In this document: in pieces, positions 1 to 12,478 of the stretch | Layout: each line of letters begins with the position of its first letter | Numbering within the stretch: position 1 is the first letter of the stretch | Source: Glaucostegus cemiculus | Lineage: Eukaryota | Assembly: GCA_976551045.1 (NCBI GenBank) | Contig: CDPCPM010000213.1 | Location: 5,580,001-5,644,000 of the forward strand | Direction of reading: 5' to 3' | Length of the DNA stretch: 64,000 bases | Program-made: the position numbers and the translations under genes | The notes under the pieces: model-generated | Seen by the model: only the letters and a program-made list of their open reading frames with translations | The model's database searches: none | What the model was told of the DNA's origin: nothing

Positions 1-761
1 GCTGATCAGGACACATTCCAGACAACCGCCACTCCTTCTGCTTCTGCAGTGACCCGAGCAGTAGCAGGAATCAAAATATTTCCCAATTTTCTGCAACTGG
101 CAAGCTTTAAACAAATGAAGTCAAGGGCTCAAAATGGCAAAGGCTGCCTGTGTCATTTTTAACTTGGCATTTGCAGCTGACAACAGGATATTTCCCAGTG
201 AATCATTTGTTAAGCTCACAACGCTGGGGTAATGAGAACTATAAATTCCATCAAACTCCGAAGATTCCTGCTGTTGACAGAATGCCTCGGAGTCAGTTGC
301 TGTCCCATACGCCACCTCAGTGTTCACAGGTTGAACGAAGACAAGCATCTCTGACAGACAAATCAGGAGAACAATAACTAATTCAAAGCATATTTTCTGA
401 GAAATCAGTTTACATTTTGAACATATGCGAAACAAACTGGGTGAAATTCCTTTCATTAGTATGCTACCCAGAATGATGATCTTTTAAAAGGAATGTCTTG
501 TGCTCAAAGTAAGTTGATTTTTATAAAACTACTGACAGTAGGTATTTTATTCCAATGTAATCTTTTAAAATAACCCAGAGATAGAATATGGATCTATTCA
601 TTTCAAAACTGTGAACACACAGGAAAATTGTTCTATATAGAAATAACCTCTCTCAGCAAATCAGTGTTGGTCATTACTTGGATCAAAGAATTATAGGAGA
701 CAACCACTGACAGGGTCTCGATTCACTGCCATTATACATCCAGATAGATGTTGGTTAATAT

Positions 762-790
762 ATTGGATTGGATTGGATTGGATTGGATTG
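762..790. repeat. (ATTGG)n pentanucleotide microsatellite
   Basis: attggattggattggattggattggattg. Confidence 0.9.
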
Positions 791-1661
791 TGTTACTTGC
801 CAGTTGGCAGTAATAGAGGGAGGCCGTTTCTGACCGCTGCACCTGCATTTTACAATGCAGAAGTCAGGAACAAGCTGTAAGTCAGATGTCAGTGCCTCTG
901 GCCTTTCAGTTCCACAGCAGCCATGAAAGCATGGCCCATTGATTTGAATGAGATCAATGACCTTCGTTAAAAAGGGAAATGGAGGTAAATGGTTCATTTT
1001 TTACATTAATTATATGTTTTAATTGATTTCTATCACCTAAATGTATGTTAATTAAAATATTACTTCTATTTTTTAAAATACTTTATCATTTACAATGTTT
1101 GATTTAATTATTTAAACTTTTTTAAAACTGTTTTTAACTGTGATGGCCTTTATTAGCAGCAAACTGTCACTGCTGCCTGGAGTTGGTGCTTCACCTGAGG
1201 ACTATTCACTAGTCATACACCACTCCACTTCATGAGTTGTCTCTGGCAGTAGGCCATAGGGTGTTTGAACTTTAGGGCTGCATAAAGTAAGTGCTGCCAT
1301 AGGAGTAGCACGTAGTGGGTGTTGGAGGGGTTGCTGGTGTGAGATAGACCATGGTGACTATTCAGAAAGGCAATGGTAAAGTTTACAGGTTTTTTAATGA
1401 AATTCTTTGGTTTGATGTCTTAATGAAGGGGTTAACTTATCTGAAGTAAGTAAGTAATTGACTGAGCAATGTTTCCCTTTCCTTTGCAATGAATGTACAA
1501 CGTTCCCATTGGAATGGATACCAAAGGAGCATTAACTTATTTGTTTTCTTGTATTTTTTTTGTGTAAAGAAAGAACTTGTATTTATAAATGGATTACACT
1601 CTCAGGAAATCTCTAAGTACTTCACACTCAGTGAATTACATTTTTTTGAGCAACACGTATA

Positions 1662-1876
1662 AAGCTGGAGAAACTCAGCAGGTCAGGCAGCATCTATGGA
1701 GGGAAATGGACAGTAGACATTTCAGGTCAAGACCCTCCCTTCATCTGGACCAGATGAATCCAGATGAAGAGTCTCAACCCGAAATGCTAACTGCCCATTT
1801 CCCTCCATAGATGCTGCCTGACCCGCTGAGTTCCTCCAGCATCTTGTGTGTTGCTCCAGAATCCAGCATCTGCAGT
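1662..1876. repeat. Palindromic elasmobranch repeat (inverted arms), probably Penelope-derived
   Basis: gctggagaaactcagcaggtcaggcagcatctatggaggg ... ccctccatagatgctgcctgacccgctgagttcctccagc form long inverted arms. Confidence 0.85.
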
Positions 1877-2023
1877 TTCTCATAGTTATTTATTTTGAAG
1901 TTTGCTGTACTATTTTTTGTAGGCATACCCTGCAACTAAATTTTATGCAGCCCATAAAGAAAATACATTACTTCTTTATAGCATTGACCAAGGCCAAGTT
2001 CCACTCTTCTTCCAATCATATCG

Positions 2024-2278
2024 TGGGGCGGCACGATAGCATAGGGGGCAGCACGATAGCGTAGCGGTTAGCGTGACGCTGTCACAGTGCCAGCAGTCGG
2101 GGTTCAATTCCCGTCGCTGTCTGTAACGAGTTTGTACGTTCTCCCGTGTCTGCATGGGTTTCCTCCGGGTGCTCCGGTTTCCTCCCACATTCTGAAAGAT
2201 GTACAGGTAGGTTAATTTGGGGGTTTAAAATGGGTGGTGCGGACTCGTTGGGCCAAAAGGCTGTAAATAAAAAAAATT
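2024..2278 (+). mobile_element. tRNA-derived V-SINE (HE1-like)
   Basis: A box (TAGCGTAGCGG), B box (GGTTCAATTCC), V-domain-like GTTCTCCCGTGTCTGCATGGGTTTCCTCCGGGTGCTCCGGTTTCCTCCCACA and an A-rich tail. The 5' ~20 nt is tandemly duplicated. Confidence 0.85.
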
Positions 2279-3354
2279 AATATTGAGGAGCTTTTTCTGC
2301 TTATTTTAACAAGTGGCCAGAGCCCACCATCCTTTCATCCAACAAGTGGCATCTCTGAGAACACAATCTTGCTTTGAACTGAAGGATCTACTTAGGTAAA
2401 GTACTCAGCTTCTAAAGAGTGCCCCAAAACCATAAATACCTTGACCCTGACCTTAACGCATATAAATATTTGACCAACAAAGCCACGCCTGAAATAGGGT
2501 GGCTAGACGCTGAACTAGAACTGCCATTGTGACAAATCATGTGGGATTTTGTAACTAAATGTCAGATTTTGTACATTGGGCAACTTGCTCTTTTTAACAC
2601 GTAACTTCTTTATCAATGCTTAAAAGAAATGAAACATTAATAGATTTTTAAAAAACATTAATGCCAACAGAATAAAGCTAGGGTCATCATGAAAGTAAAC
2701 TCATCTTCAACATGTTACATTGCCTTTCAGCTATTGTCATCATTTTGGAGGCATTGCTTAGTAAACATGTAATACTGTGATAAAACTTTGAGATTATGAA
2801 CTGAAGAGTGATTTAGTAGATATGAATTTAAGAATTTAATCTCATTAGGATAGTTAGTTCACTGGTAAGATCGAAAAATGTTAAAATTAGGCTTCTGCAT
2901 TTGCTTTGTTCCCGAGTTTAATTATATTGCAGCAAGGCAAAATTTAATCAGTATACTACTGTCTTGGTGAAGGTCTTAAAGCCCGCATTTCAGTGTATTT
3001 TGTAACTTTGTACCCAAATCACATAATCCCATGTGTGTGTCATTCAAGATTGAAACTGCTCAACTTCAGCTTAAGATATTTAGTGTAAATGTTCCAACTG
3101 CATTTTTAACTATATAAAACAGAACAATTTCTCCATAGCAACAGGAAACTTGAATTTCAGGAGTCTGAAATACCATTAAAAAAGTTGAGAAATGTTCTGC
3201 GAGCCAGTCAGTAGCTGTATTATTCAGTAGCTGAATGACAATTCTAACAATAGTGCCGACATTTCAACTATATATTTTCAGCATTTTCTGTTCATTATTT
3301 CAACAGTTGCAATGTTGCCTTCATTCAGTGAAATGTATTAACTCTGGTCTAATA

Positions 3355-3770
3355 ACTGAAATAAAAACAGAAAATGCCAAAGTAACTCAACCAGTTATCA
3401 AGTGTCAATGGAGAAAAAAACAATGCTTATGGTCCAAGTTTTCTACAAATTAGGGCAGCAATTCTACAATTCCAAAACTATGCAGAAGCTCATAAACATT
3501 CAAGCTCTCTGACGGCTGGTTCAGCCCAGAGATGTGGTTTAACGGGCTGTCAAAGAATTTCTGTGGAATTGGCCCGGTGCTGCTTAGCTCCATGTCAGCT
3601 TCCAGTCAGAGTACCACACCAGGTAACAGTAGACTTAGAAGGTGGGCATACAGCAGTGAACAGCTGTCAAAATTCTGGGCCAACATCTGAGCTGATTACC
3701 TTAATTTTTCTCTCCATAGATGCTGTCTGCCCTGTTGAGTATTTCCAGCACTTTCTGTTCCAGTATCCAC
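3355..3770. repeat. Same palindromic family, diverged arms separated by a ~270 bp spacer
   Basis: Left arm tgaaataaaaacagaaaatgc (3357-3420); right arm ctctccatagatgctgtctgccctgttgagtatttccagc (3710-3760). Confidence 0.6.
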
Positions 3771-4097
3771 AATATTTTGCTTTTGAATCAATAGCTTATT
3801 TGTTTTGATAGCAGTGAAGGTGTTTGTGAAAAACCCATGAAAAGCTATTTAAATAACCCTTTTCTCTAAAAATGAAATACATAAAACAGATATTGGGAAA
3901 CCATTGTTTGTGAATATTTATTGATTATATCACAATGTTTGCCAACACATACCAAATTTGTTAGCACTACTAAAACTATGTTCTGTACCTTTCTTGTATG
4001 ATGAATAATATTACTTAGTAGGTGTGTCCTTCTTACACACACCTTACATCTTAAGCCCAGCATGTACTAACATATTGCCACACACCCACACTATTAA

Positions 4098-4330
4098 AGC
4101 ATAGCGGTTAGCACGACGCTATTACAGCACCAGTGATCAGGGTTTGGTTCCCGTCGCTGTCTGTAAGGAGTTTGTATGTTCTCCCGTGTCTGCCTGGGTT
4201 TCCTCCAGGTGCTCTGGTTTCCTCCCACATTTCAAAAAGACGTACGGGTAGGTTAATTTGGGTTTAAAATGTGTGGTGCAGACTTGTTGGGCCAGAAGGG
4301 CCTGTTACCACGCTGTAAATATTCTTTTTT
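4098..4330 (+). mobile_element. V-SINE (HE1-like), second copy
   Basis: Highly similar to 2040-2270 across the tRNA head, V domain and tail. Confidence 0.85.
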
Positions 4331-4699
4331 AATTTAAGTAACAAACACATACATGTGACATGTCCAATATGTATGCCATTCCGCATACAATCTTTCCTTG
4401 TTCTGACAGGATCTTAAGCAGTTATACAAAAGGTCCTTTTGCAACTCATTTGTGGGATATGCTTTCTACTGTATCAAACTGAATACTCAGTGATAAAAAA
4501 AATGCAATTATTTTAAGATTCCCATTTTTAAACATCATAAATTATATTATAATAGGTTTATTTAATTAATGATCAAATCACTTTAGATATTTTGGTTATG
4601 TTTGCATTATCTCTGCTGGCTAATAATGAAATACTGGTGGCAAGGTTACTTAAAATAGAATTTTATTTCTGAAAGATTATTCACAAGTAAGAAGTTAAA

Positions 4700-4800
4700 A
4701 AAACTGCAGATTCTGGAAATCTGAAATAAAAACAGAAAATGCTGCAAACACTCAGCAGGTCAAGTGGTAACTGTGGAAGGAGAGGCAGTTAATGTCAGCA
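4700..4800 (+). repeat. Single arm of the palindromic family, abutting CR1
   Basis: actgcagattctggaaatctgaaataaaaacagaaaatgctgcaaacactcagcaggtc. Confidence 0.75.
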
Positions 4801-4809
4801 GCTAAGTCA

Positions 4810-5180
4810 AACTTGGATTGTTTTCTCTGGAGAATCGGAGGCTGAGGGGAGACCTGATAGAAGTTTCTAAAATTATGAGAGGCATAGATCGAGTAGACAG
4901 CCAGGATCTTTCTCCCAGGATAGAAATGTGGAATACTGGAGGACCTAGCTTTAAGGTGAGAGGGGGAAAGTTTAAAGGGGATGTGCAGGGCAAATTTTTA
5001 CAAAAAGTGGTAGGTGTTTGGAACGCACTTGGAGGGATGACAGTGGAAACAGATACCAAAGTGGCGTTCAAGAAGCTTTTAGATAGGCAAATGAATAAGC
5101 AGGAAATGGTCGAATTCGTTTAATTTGGCCTCATGCTCGGCATAGATATCATAGGCCGAAGGGACTGTTCCTGTGCCGTG
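4810..5180 (+). mobile_element. CR1 LINE 3' fragment
   Basis: ORF 4818-5123 FSLENRRLRGDLIEVSKIMRG...TGGPSFKVRGGKF...WNAL is a CR1 ORF2 C-terminus. It ends in the typical ggccgaagggactgttcctgtgc tail. Confidence 0.9.
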
Positions 5181-5694
5181 TAGAACTGGCCAAGAACTGC
5201 CAAGTTCACCTTTATTCACAAGAAGAGTTGGACTTGACAATTCTACACTGAAGAAACACTAGGTGGCACCATTGTACATTGAATAATTGCTTCTCAGACA
5301 GCAGACTGGTTAAAAATGTGGTTGCGTTGTGTCTGACTCCATCGATTGGTAAAACAGTTCCTCATTTGAAAAATGATCTGTGCGTGATGTCTCCTCACAC
5401 GTACGGCAAAAGTGTATTATTGAAATAAAAGTAGTGTCGATCATTTGAGAATTCAATATGCCCTCTGCTTATTTTCCATTAGTTTCAACAATCAACATGA
5501 GAGCAATGTAACTGTGTCCTGGAACAACTTGTAACCAAATTTGTTATCGTGGCTTCCATAACAAGTATATCGATTGTATCCCATTGAGTTCCCACCACAC
5601 AGAAGCAAAGCAAATTCAGTTCGTTTCCCCTTGTTTTAAACATCATAAAGTATATTATAATAGAAGTTTATTTAATTAATGATCAAATTAATTG

Positions 5695-6250
5695 CACTCC
5701 TTGCCTATGCCAGAAAGATGGGAGTTCAAGTACCATTCCAGATATTGGACCAGAAAGATCCAGACTGGTGCTACGGAGAGAGTGCTGTAATGTTCGAGAT
5801 GCTCTCGGGTGAGACGTGACATAGAAATTCATCGCTCCTTAGCAGCCTTAAAGGAGCCGTATTTTAGCGACTGTGTGTTCTAATTATTGTTGGCTGCTTT
5901 GAACACTCGGCTGCCAATATATAACATGTTCAGCGTTATAACCGAGAATGAATTTCAAGGTATTTAAATTGAGGTCACACCAGCCCTTTCGGGAATCCGA
6001 CGGGCACTATTTATGAGAAGGTTTGGAAAGTTAACCTCGTCATCCTGGCCATTATTCATGAATAAATTAGCGTGATCTTTTATTATTATATTTTAATGAT
6101 GGAGTTTGTCTTATCATGTCGCCATTTGCAGGAGCTAACTGTGTGCATATTGGCTGTGGTATTTTGCATTTTCAATTCAGAAACTGCTTCATTAGCTGTA
6201 AAGCACTTTGCAACGTCCCGTGGTGGTAAAGGACACGATGTAAAGTCAGG
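5695..6250 (+). mobile_element. Old Deu-domain SINE (SacSINE1/AmnSINE1-like), degenerate and interrupted
   Basis: B-box-like GAGTTCAAGTACC followed by GAGAGTGCTG...GAGACGT, and a 3' block GGAGCTAACTGTGTGCATATTGGCTG...CTTCATTAGCTGTAAAGCACTTTG...ACGTCC matching the DeuSINE consensus as recalled. Confidence 0.55.
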
Positions 6251-7769
6251 GTTTTGTCTGTTCCTGGCGCAACTATTAAATAATGCCATAGAAACAGACA
6301 ACAGATGATAGCTAGTTTGGAGGAAGGATGCACCGAAGAGTCGCTGGTGCGAATTGTGTCCATACATTTTGTTTGCACACCTTATTTAGCAAACCTGGGA
6401 GGCATAAAAGTAACAGACACACGTTGGCAGTCAACGTGCCCCTTCCGAAGTATTTTCGGGTGGAATTACCCATTCGAGATATTGCCCCTAATGAAGTAAA
6501 GTTTTGCTTAAAATATTCCAGGATTACTTAAATATGATGTGATGTGTGGGGTCTGTTGGTTCGCGTGAACACACAACTTAAAACACGTATTAGTGAATCT
6601 AATGGACCAGTTAAAATACTTTCTAAGGTTGGGGGGGGGGGGGTGCTACTTGGAATCAATCAAAGTTGTACAGTTTTTAAACATATTCATCTACTTGCAC
6701 TAAAGCTACGTTTTCTCGACCCTCTTGAAAGAGAGCAGGTTTCTAAACAGCGAGATTAATTCTGTCGACAGCCTATATTCTCTTCTTTTCCGAGTGTGTC
6801 AGGTAAACAATTAGTCATCCTGACGGCGAGGCAACAGTAACTCGGCGCCTCTCGGTGGTGTAATTCTGCGGGGGTAAATTTGTGGAGAGCACCTTTGGCG
6901 GGCGGCTACCTGTGACTCACACACAAACCTCTCCAGTTTCCAGCCTCTGGGAGCGCAGTGGCGGGTGTTTCGCAAAAGGTGGAGACAGCATTTTTGTGTG
7001 TGTGTGTGTGTGAGGCGTCTGAAACCATGGGGAAACTTGCTGCACAGGTTAGACCACACCTAGCTCCCAGCAACCAAAACAGTCTACCGTCGATTTAAAG
7101 TCGTTTGGCACTTTTTACATTTGTTGTTGCATTTTGCATTTGTTATCTTGCATGAAACAGAATTAAAGTGCGTGTATAAAATAAGACTGATTACAGATTG
7201 AATGGGTATACATATCACTGCCCCTCATAAACTGTACTAACTCTAAATGAAAACAATATTACAACAGTAAACAACAGAATTTATTAGATTCAAAACAGCG
7301 CTCAGTTCTAACCCCATCTGAACTATTCGACCAGGAATGCAGCGCGAAGTTTGAGTTGACTTCAACCACTGCAAATATTATGCTGCTTTAGCGAATTCCA
7401 AGTAAGGGTTAAACATAGAGACTTTGTCATAAGTCTCCAAGGATCTTTTGTCATATATCTATGTCTGTGATTCCTTTGCAATCTTTTTTGTATATGCGAG
7501 TTACAAAAAAAGTAGCCGGGTTAACTTACTTTTTTTAAAAAAAAGAAATAAACTGAGTTGTCGAGCTGAGGGGTTAAAAAAACGCGCCGGAACTTGTTCC
7601 GAATTCTGTTTAAATTCTTCAAACCCCTGAAAATGTATGTTTGGAGGGAGCATCCACCAACAGGCAGACACTTTTAATAGTTGAGGAAGAGTGATAATAG
7701 ACTTGGCTCCAAAAACATGAGCGTGGGAAGTCTGAAAAACTTGGGCTGGTTCTGCCGGCGACATCTCTG

Positions 7770-7826
7770 CAACCAATAGGCTTCCTGCATCCACCCTTCT
7801 GTTCCTTATAATTAGGGGTTTAAGCA
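7770..7826 (+). promoter_or_regulatory. Putative Dlx3 proximal promoter (CCAAT box, TAATTA site, TATA-like element)
   Basis: AACCAATAGG (CCAAT at 7773-7777), TTATAATTA at 7806-7814 and TTTAAG at ~7819-7824, 150-200 nt upstream of the ATG. The mammalian Dlx3 promoter is CCAAT/NF-Y dependent. Confidence 0.6.
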
Positions 7827-7976
7827 CGCTGGGCTTGTTGGGTTACATCAGTTTGCTTTGAGTTGCAATTGCTATAAGGATCTCGTCTCTACGGAGCAGG
7901 GTGATGTGTGTATAGTTTGAGCTTTGCATTTTAAAGATTAAATCGTCTTTTTTGAGTTAAATATATTTTTGGAAGA

Positions 7977-8310
7977 ATGAGTGGGACCTATGAGAAAAAG
8001 CTGCCCGGTCTTCTTACAGACATCCAGGGTTCGATGGGATGTCATCCTGCGAAAGATTCTCCAACTCTTCCAGAGTCTACGGCGACAGATGTTGGTTACT
8101 ATAACCCACAGTCCTGTCATCCTCCGCACGACTATTACCCAACTTCAGCCTATTCGCAACCAGTGAACCATTATCCGTACCATCAGTTTAATCTGAACAA
8201 TCTTCCAGGGCCTGGCTCCTATTCAGAGAAGCCCGACTATGCTTACAATAACTCGTACCGTCAGTATGGCCACTTCCACCGGGATCATCAAGTTTCGGCG
8301 GCTGAGAGAG
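7977..8310 (+). CDS. dlx3: Dlx3 homeobox gene, coding exon 1
   Basis: [45 protein letters not shown]... has the Dlx2/3/5 N-terminal SPTLPES motif. It ends at a strong donor GAG|GTAAGG (GT at 8311), phase 1. Confidence 0.95.
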
Positions 8311-9845
8311 GTAAGGGCTCGTGAAATTCCCAATCGGTATCTGAAGCTAGAAGCAGTTTTGGAAGACTGTCAAACAGACTGCTGTTTTCAAACTAATGCA
8401 TTCACCGGCCGAGTAATGGAGGGGCCCCGTCGGTCGAATGGCTGGCTGGTGACATGCGTCCGAACACACCCTAACTGAGTTGTTAACTAATATATATACA
8501 CTGACCCGAACCAGCCGAAACGCTGTACGATGAGTGCACTTACTAGAAGAGGGGCTAATCGGTTGAATATACACAGTACAATGGTGCAGTCTCTGGAGGT
8601 GAAGCATTCGATAGCCTGGCGCTATTAATGCACCAAAGCACCGTGGCTCCACAAATGTGCGGTACTTTGTAGAGGGATTCCGCTGTAATTTCTGACACGG
8701 TAGAAGTAACCAGGACGTTCTCGGGTACAGAATACTATGTGAAATAGGAAATGATGTGCGTGTTTCACAAGGGCACCGTCCAAGGCAGGGAAACCGAGTG
8801 TTCGATGTTCCGTGTGAAAGCAGAATCCCAGGCACAAATGTGAAAGCCGCGCCGTGTGTTTAGTTGGGACGGTGTTTTGAAAATGTGGGGTTTGCAGCAG
8901 TCAGAAGCTGCAGGGAAGTTTAGAAGTGGTCATCAGTGCGTGTACTGTAAGTTGCATAAGCACGCTGTTTAAAATAGTTACTCCAAATCCTTACCGACGT
9001 ACAAAGATCGGTTTTGTTGCTGAACTGGAATGGGACGGCCCCAGTTTCTAGTTATAGAGGCGCTTGAACCCGACCAGCGTGGCGGGTTCGGGAAGTGGAT
9101 CGGGTATTGGGTTAAGACCAAAACCAAATTTCAGCTCCCGGTCTGAACGAACTCCCTCTGGCCAAAACGCGGCACCAGCAAGCGAGGAAGCCGGCATCAA
9201 TGCTGCAAACATGCACTGGTGATGATGAATTCTCTAATTCCCAGCAATTGATGGGCCGTTCTAAAGGGAAAAATCGCAGATGAGAACCACAAAATAGTCT
9301 CACGAGTCCGAGTGCTCCCTGTCGTGGGGTTAGTGACCTCTCTGTAGTGCATTTTCACTCTGTCAGGATGCCTTGCTTAAGTACCCCATGGGCACACTAC
9401 ATGAGTAAATATGTAAAGTCATAAATAAATAAACATGATTATACTGGGTATGCATGCAACAGAACAGGAAACCTGAAAAGAGATTCTACTATTAGACAAT
9501 ACCTCTCTCGTACCTTGCAATAATAATTATCAATGATAATAATTATCAGTTCCCTCCCTCTTTCTGTAATTTCTGCAATGAAAATAAACATTGACCTTAG
9601 TAGCTGTATGAAAATGGCACGGAGTTTTGAGACAGTATGTTTTTGCAATTAGATTAGTCATCGTGACATCCTTGTACCCTGAAGGAATTCACCATCGGAT
9701 TTTAATTCTGTTTTCTGTTTGATTTATTTTGCATTTACACCGTGAAATGGAATCCCCTGGTTAAGGGAAAATATTTGCCGACTGCAGTGTTGTGAAACTT
9801 CGGCCATTCAGAGAATCTCTGTTTATGTGTTGTTTTGTGCTGAAG

Positions 9846-10036
9846 TTTCAGTGAAAGAAGAACCGGACCCCGAAGTGAGGATTGTGAACGGGAAACCCAA
9901 AAAGATCCGTAAACCGCGAACAATCTACTCTAGCTTCCAGCTGGCGGCTCTGCAGAAACGTTTCCAAAAGGCGCAGTATCTGGCTTTACCTGAGAGAGCG
10001 GAGCTTGCAGCTTCTCTGGGACTTACGCAAACACAG
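9846..10036 (+). CDS. dlx3: Dlx3 coding exon 2 (homeodomain N-terminal part)
   Basis: Translates as (V)[63 protein letters not shown]; FQKAQ is Dlx3-type. Acceptor AAG at 9843-9845, with an alternative in-frame CAG acceptor giving a start at 9852. Donor CAG|GTACAC at 10037, phase 0. Confidence 0.95.
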
Positions 10037-11258
10037 GTACACTCTAATCTCCACGGTGTAGGTGCGCCCACTGCTTTAGCATTGCACCCTGTACCCCCAG
10101 GCTAAGGCTTGCCTTGAGAAGATGAAGTTAGTATCAGTGTAGATTTAGGCTCCACACCCGTTTGGTTGTCGGAAAGGCCTTGTCTTTCTTTTCTAACCCG
10201 GTTCGCCGGCCGAGGTAATGGTTTCTCTTAAATGCCTTAAATGTCCTTCTCTGGACGTGTTTCCCAAACATTCCACATAACCTTGTAATGGCACATTACC
10301 TGCACTTTCCCATCTTTTTTTTTAAGTAAATTCACTTCGTAGTCTAAATAGAAAATATTTCCCCTTAAATATTTTACTCCTGGTCACTGCGTCGTTCTTT
10401 GTGTATTGGCAACCCTTATCCCTTATCATTAGACTATAAAACTTTACCAAACAAGCACCAATTAAATTTGGATAGTGAAACGTGGAGTGTGGGGCAAATT
10501 CATGGCCAGGGGAATGGAGAACAGTATTAATGTGTATTCATATTGATGGATTAATTACAAAAATTGGATTCAGCAAATATTTACACCCACTGGGTTTATG
10601 TCCACTTGTAATTGTCTATGAATAGATCAAACTCAGTGCAATGTCCCTTCCTCCATCTGAGCCAGAGTGCTTATACTACATTTGCAAGTGGCTAGATAGA
10701 AATAGGAATATATTAACATTTTTGAGGCTCAATTCTTTGGAGAAATATACCCTTCAGTTCTCACTTTATTGTTAAAATGCAGCCATTGCCTATGACCTCT
10801 TTGGCAGAGAAGTTGTTACTTAAAGACCAATAAACAGTCGTCTCTGTTGGGAAACATTAGAAATTACAGGTATCATTAGAACAAACTATTTCAACCCAAA
10901 TTATTTCAAAGGCCTCAGAAGGATTGTTTTCTATGTTGTTTTAAGATGAATTACTTAAAGGGCATCCATGAAGTATAAAGCGACCCAATTCAATATTATT
11001 TCTGGTAATTTACAAGTTTGCATCTGTTAAATAGAAAATACTAGGGAATGACCAACAAAATGAAATTAGATTTCCATCATAACAGAACTATGGTAAAATA
11101 GTTTCTACAATAATTGGTCTGTGTATATAATTCCAGGTGATGAATTTTATAATGGTATCTTTTGCTAATTATTTACATATTCTCTTTCATGTTCTCAGTA
11201 CTTGATTACAATATATTTCTTGCCAATTTTAATTATTTTTTCTTTCCTATCTGTCTAG

Positions 11259-11564
11259 GTGAAAATCTGGTTTCAGAACAGAAGATCCAAGTTTAAGAAG
11301 TTATATAAAAATGGGGAACTCACAATGGAGCACAGTCCCAACAATAGTGACTCAATGGCGTGCAATTCACCTCCCTCTCCAGCTATTTGGGAGAGTCACA
11401 GTTCGACTAGGAATCCCCTCCAGCATCAGACCCCACATAATTCTTCTCAAAACTACCTGGAAGACTTCAATCACTGGTACCCAACACACCCCTCCGGCTC
11501 TCACTTATCAGCAACAAATTCATTGCACCAGCCCCCGCCTCACAGTACTGGAGCAGTCTATTAA
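11259..11564 (+). CDS. dlx3: Dlx3 coding exon 3 (helix 3 and C-terminus)
   Basis: A polypyrimidine tract and TAG acceptor end at 11258. Translates as [20 protein letters not shown]...[17 protein letters not shown]...GAVY*. LYKNGE and the terminal GAVY match vertebrate Dlx3. The spliced CDS is 831 nt, in frame. Confidence 0.96.
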   Translation: MKIWFQNRRSKFKKLYKNGELTMEHSPNNSDSMACNSPPSPAIWESHSSTRNPLQHQTPHNSSQNYLEDFNHWYPTHPSGSHLSATNSLHQPPPHSTGAVY

Positions 11565-12423
11565 AACTTTTATTTTTACTTCAAAACTTTGAACTTTTTG
11601 TCTTTTACTGTTTTGGAAAACAACAACATCAACTGTACATGTATCTAGCGCCTTTTAACACTGGGGGTGAAAGCTCTTTAAAGAATGAATAAGTAAAATG
11701 CAACACCCACACTTCATGAAGACCCAGGGTAGAAATGAATTAGTCATCAGAACAACCAAGTAACTTCAAGAATCCCCATACCCCCTTCCTTTTCTATGTG
11801 TTGTACTACACATCAGTTGTAAATAATAACAAAAACTGTATATCAGGAAGAAAAATCAGAGCATTTTGTAACTCTGTCAGTTGTCAGGTTGTCACTGAAC
11901 ACTGAACTGATAATTGTCCCAATTTCAGTAACAAACAATATTCTGCATTCTTTGCCTATGTTTTATTATGTTATTTAAGTTTTTTTTGGTTTATTGGAGT
12001 GGTTAAATTATTACTGCCTGTATATTATTAGATTAGCAGCCAGTTTGTTTGATGTAGCAGATATAATGTATCCATTGAATTATGTCCAATGCAGTATGAT
12101 AAAAAATACATGGAACTTACTGTAAAATAGAAACTCAACTCGCAATAGACAATATGATGGAGCACAAATTTTCTGACAAGTAACAGGAACTGTATTTATG
12201 AAATTCTGTCTGAAATTATCATTTTTTTCTAAAAATTGTACATAAAATTTTACACATCAATTGTAGAATAATAATTAAGAAACATCCTTGCGGGTAATCT
12301 TCAAGAACATGTGTGACACTGGGAGGAATTCCTCAAAGAGATCAACATTTCATTATAATAATTTGGCTTGTAAAGGACACTCAATAGACACTAACCTCTG
12401 TTGTAACTTATGGTCTGTTTTGT

Positions 12424-12478
12424 AATAAAATCTTTTAAATGTTTGTTTGATGATATCCTTGAGAAAAATGTTAATAAA
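12424..12478 (+). terminator. Candidate Dlx3 polyadenylation signals
   Basis: AATAAA at 12424-12429 and 12473-12478, the latter followed by a T/GT-rich tract. This implies a 3' UTR of about 0.9 kb. Confidence 0.5.

Noticed and set aside
121-456. ORFs at the window start (111 aa minus, 75 aa plus)
   Set aside because: No recognisable domain or convincing exon structure; they could be chance ORFs.
2045-2115. tRNA-like A/B boxes
   Set aside because: Head of a V-SINE, not a tRNA gene.
7904-7915. Three-codon uORF (MCV*) in the Dlx3 leader
   Set aside because: Very short and the TSS is unknown; there is no evidence of function.
8347-8835. 162-aa minus-strand ORF in Dlx3 intron 1
   Set aside because: Non-ATG start and no homology recognised; expected in GC-richer intronic DNA.
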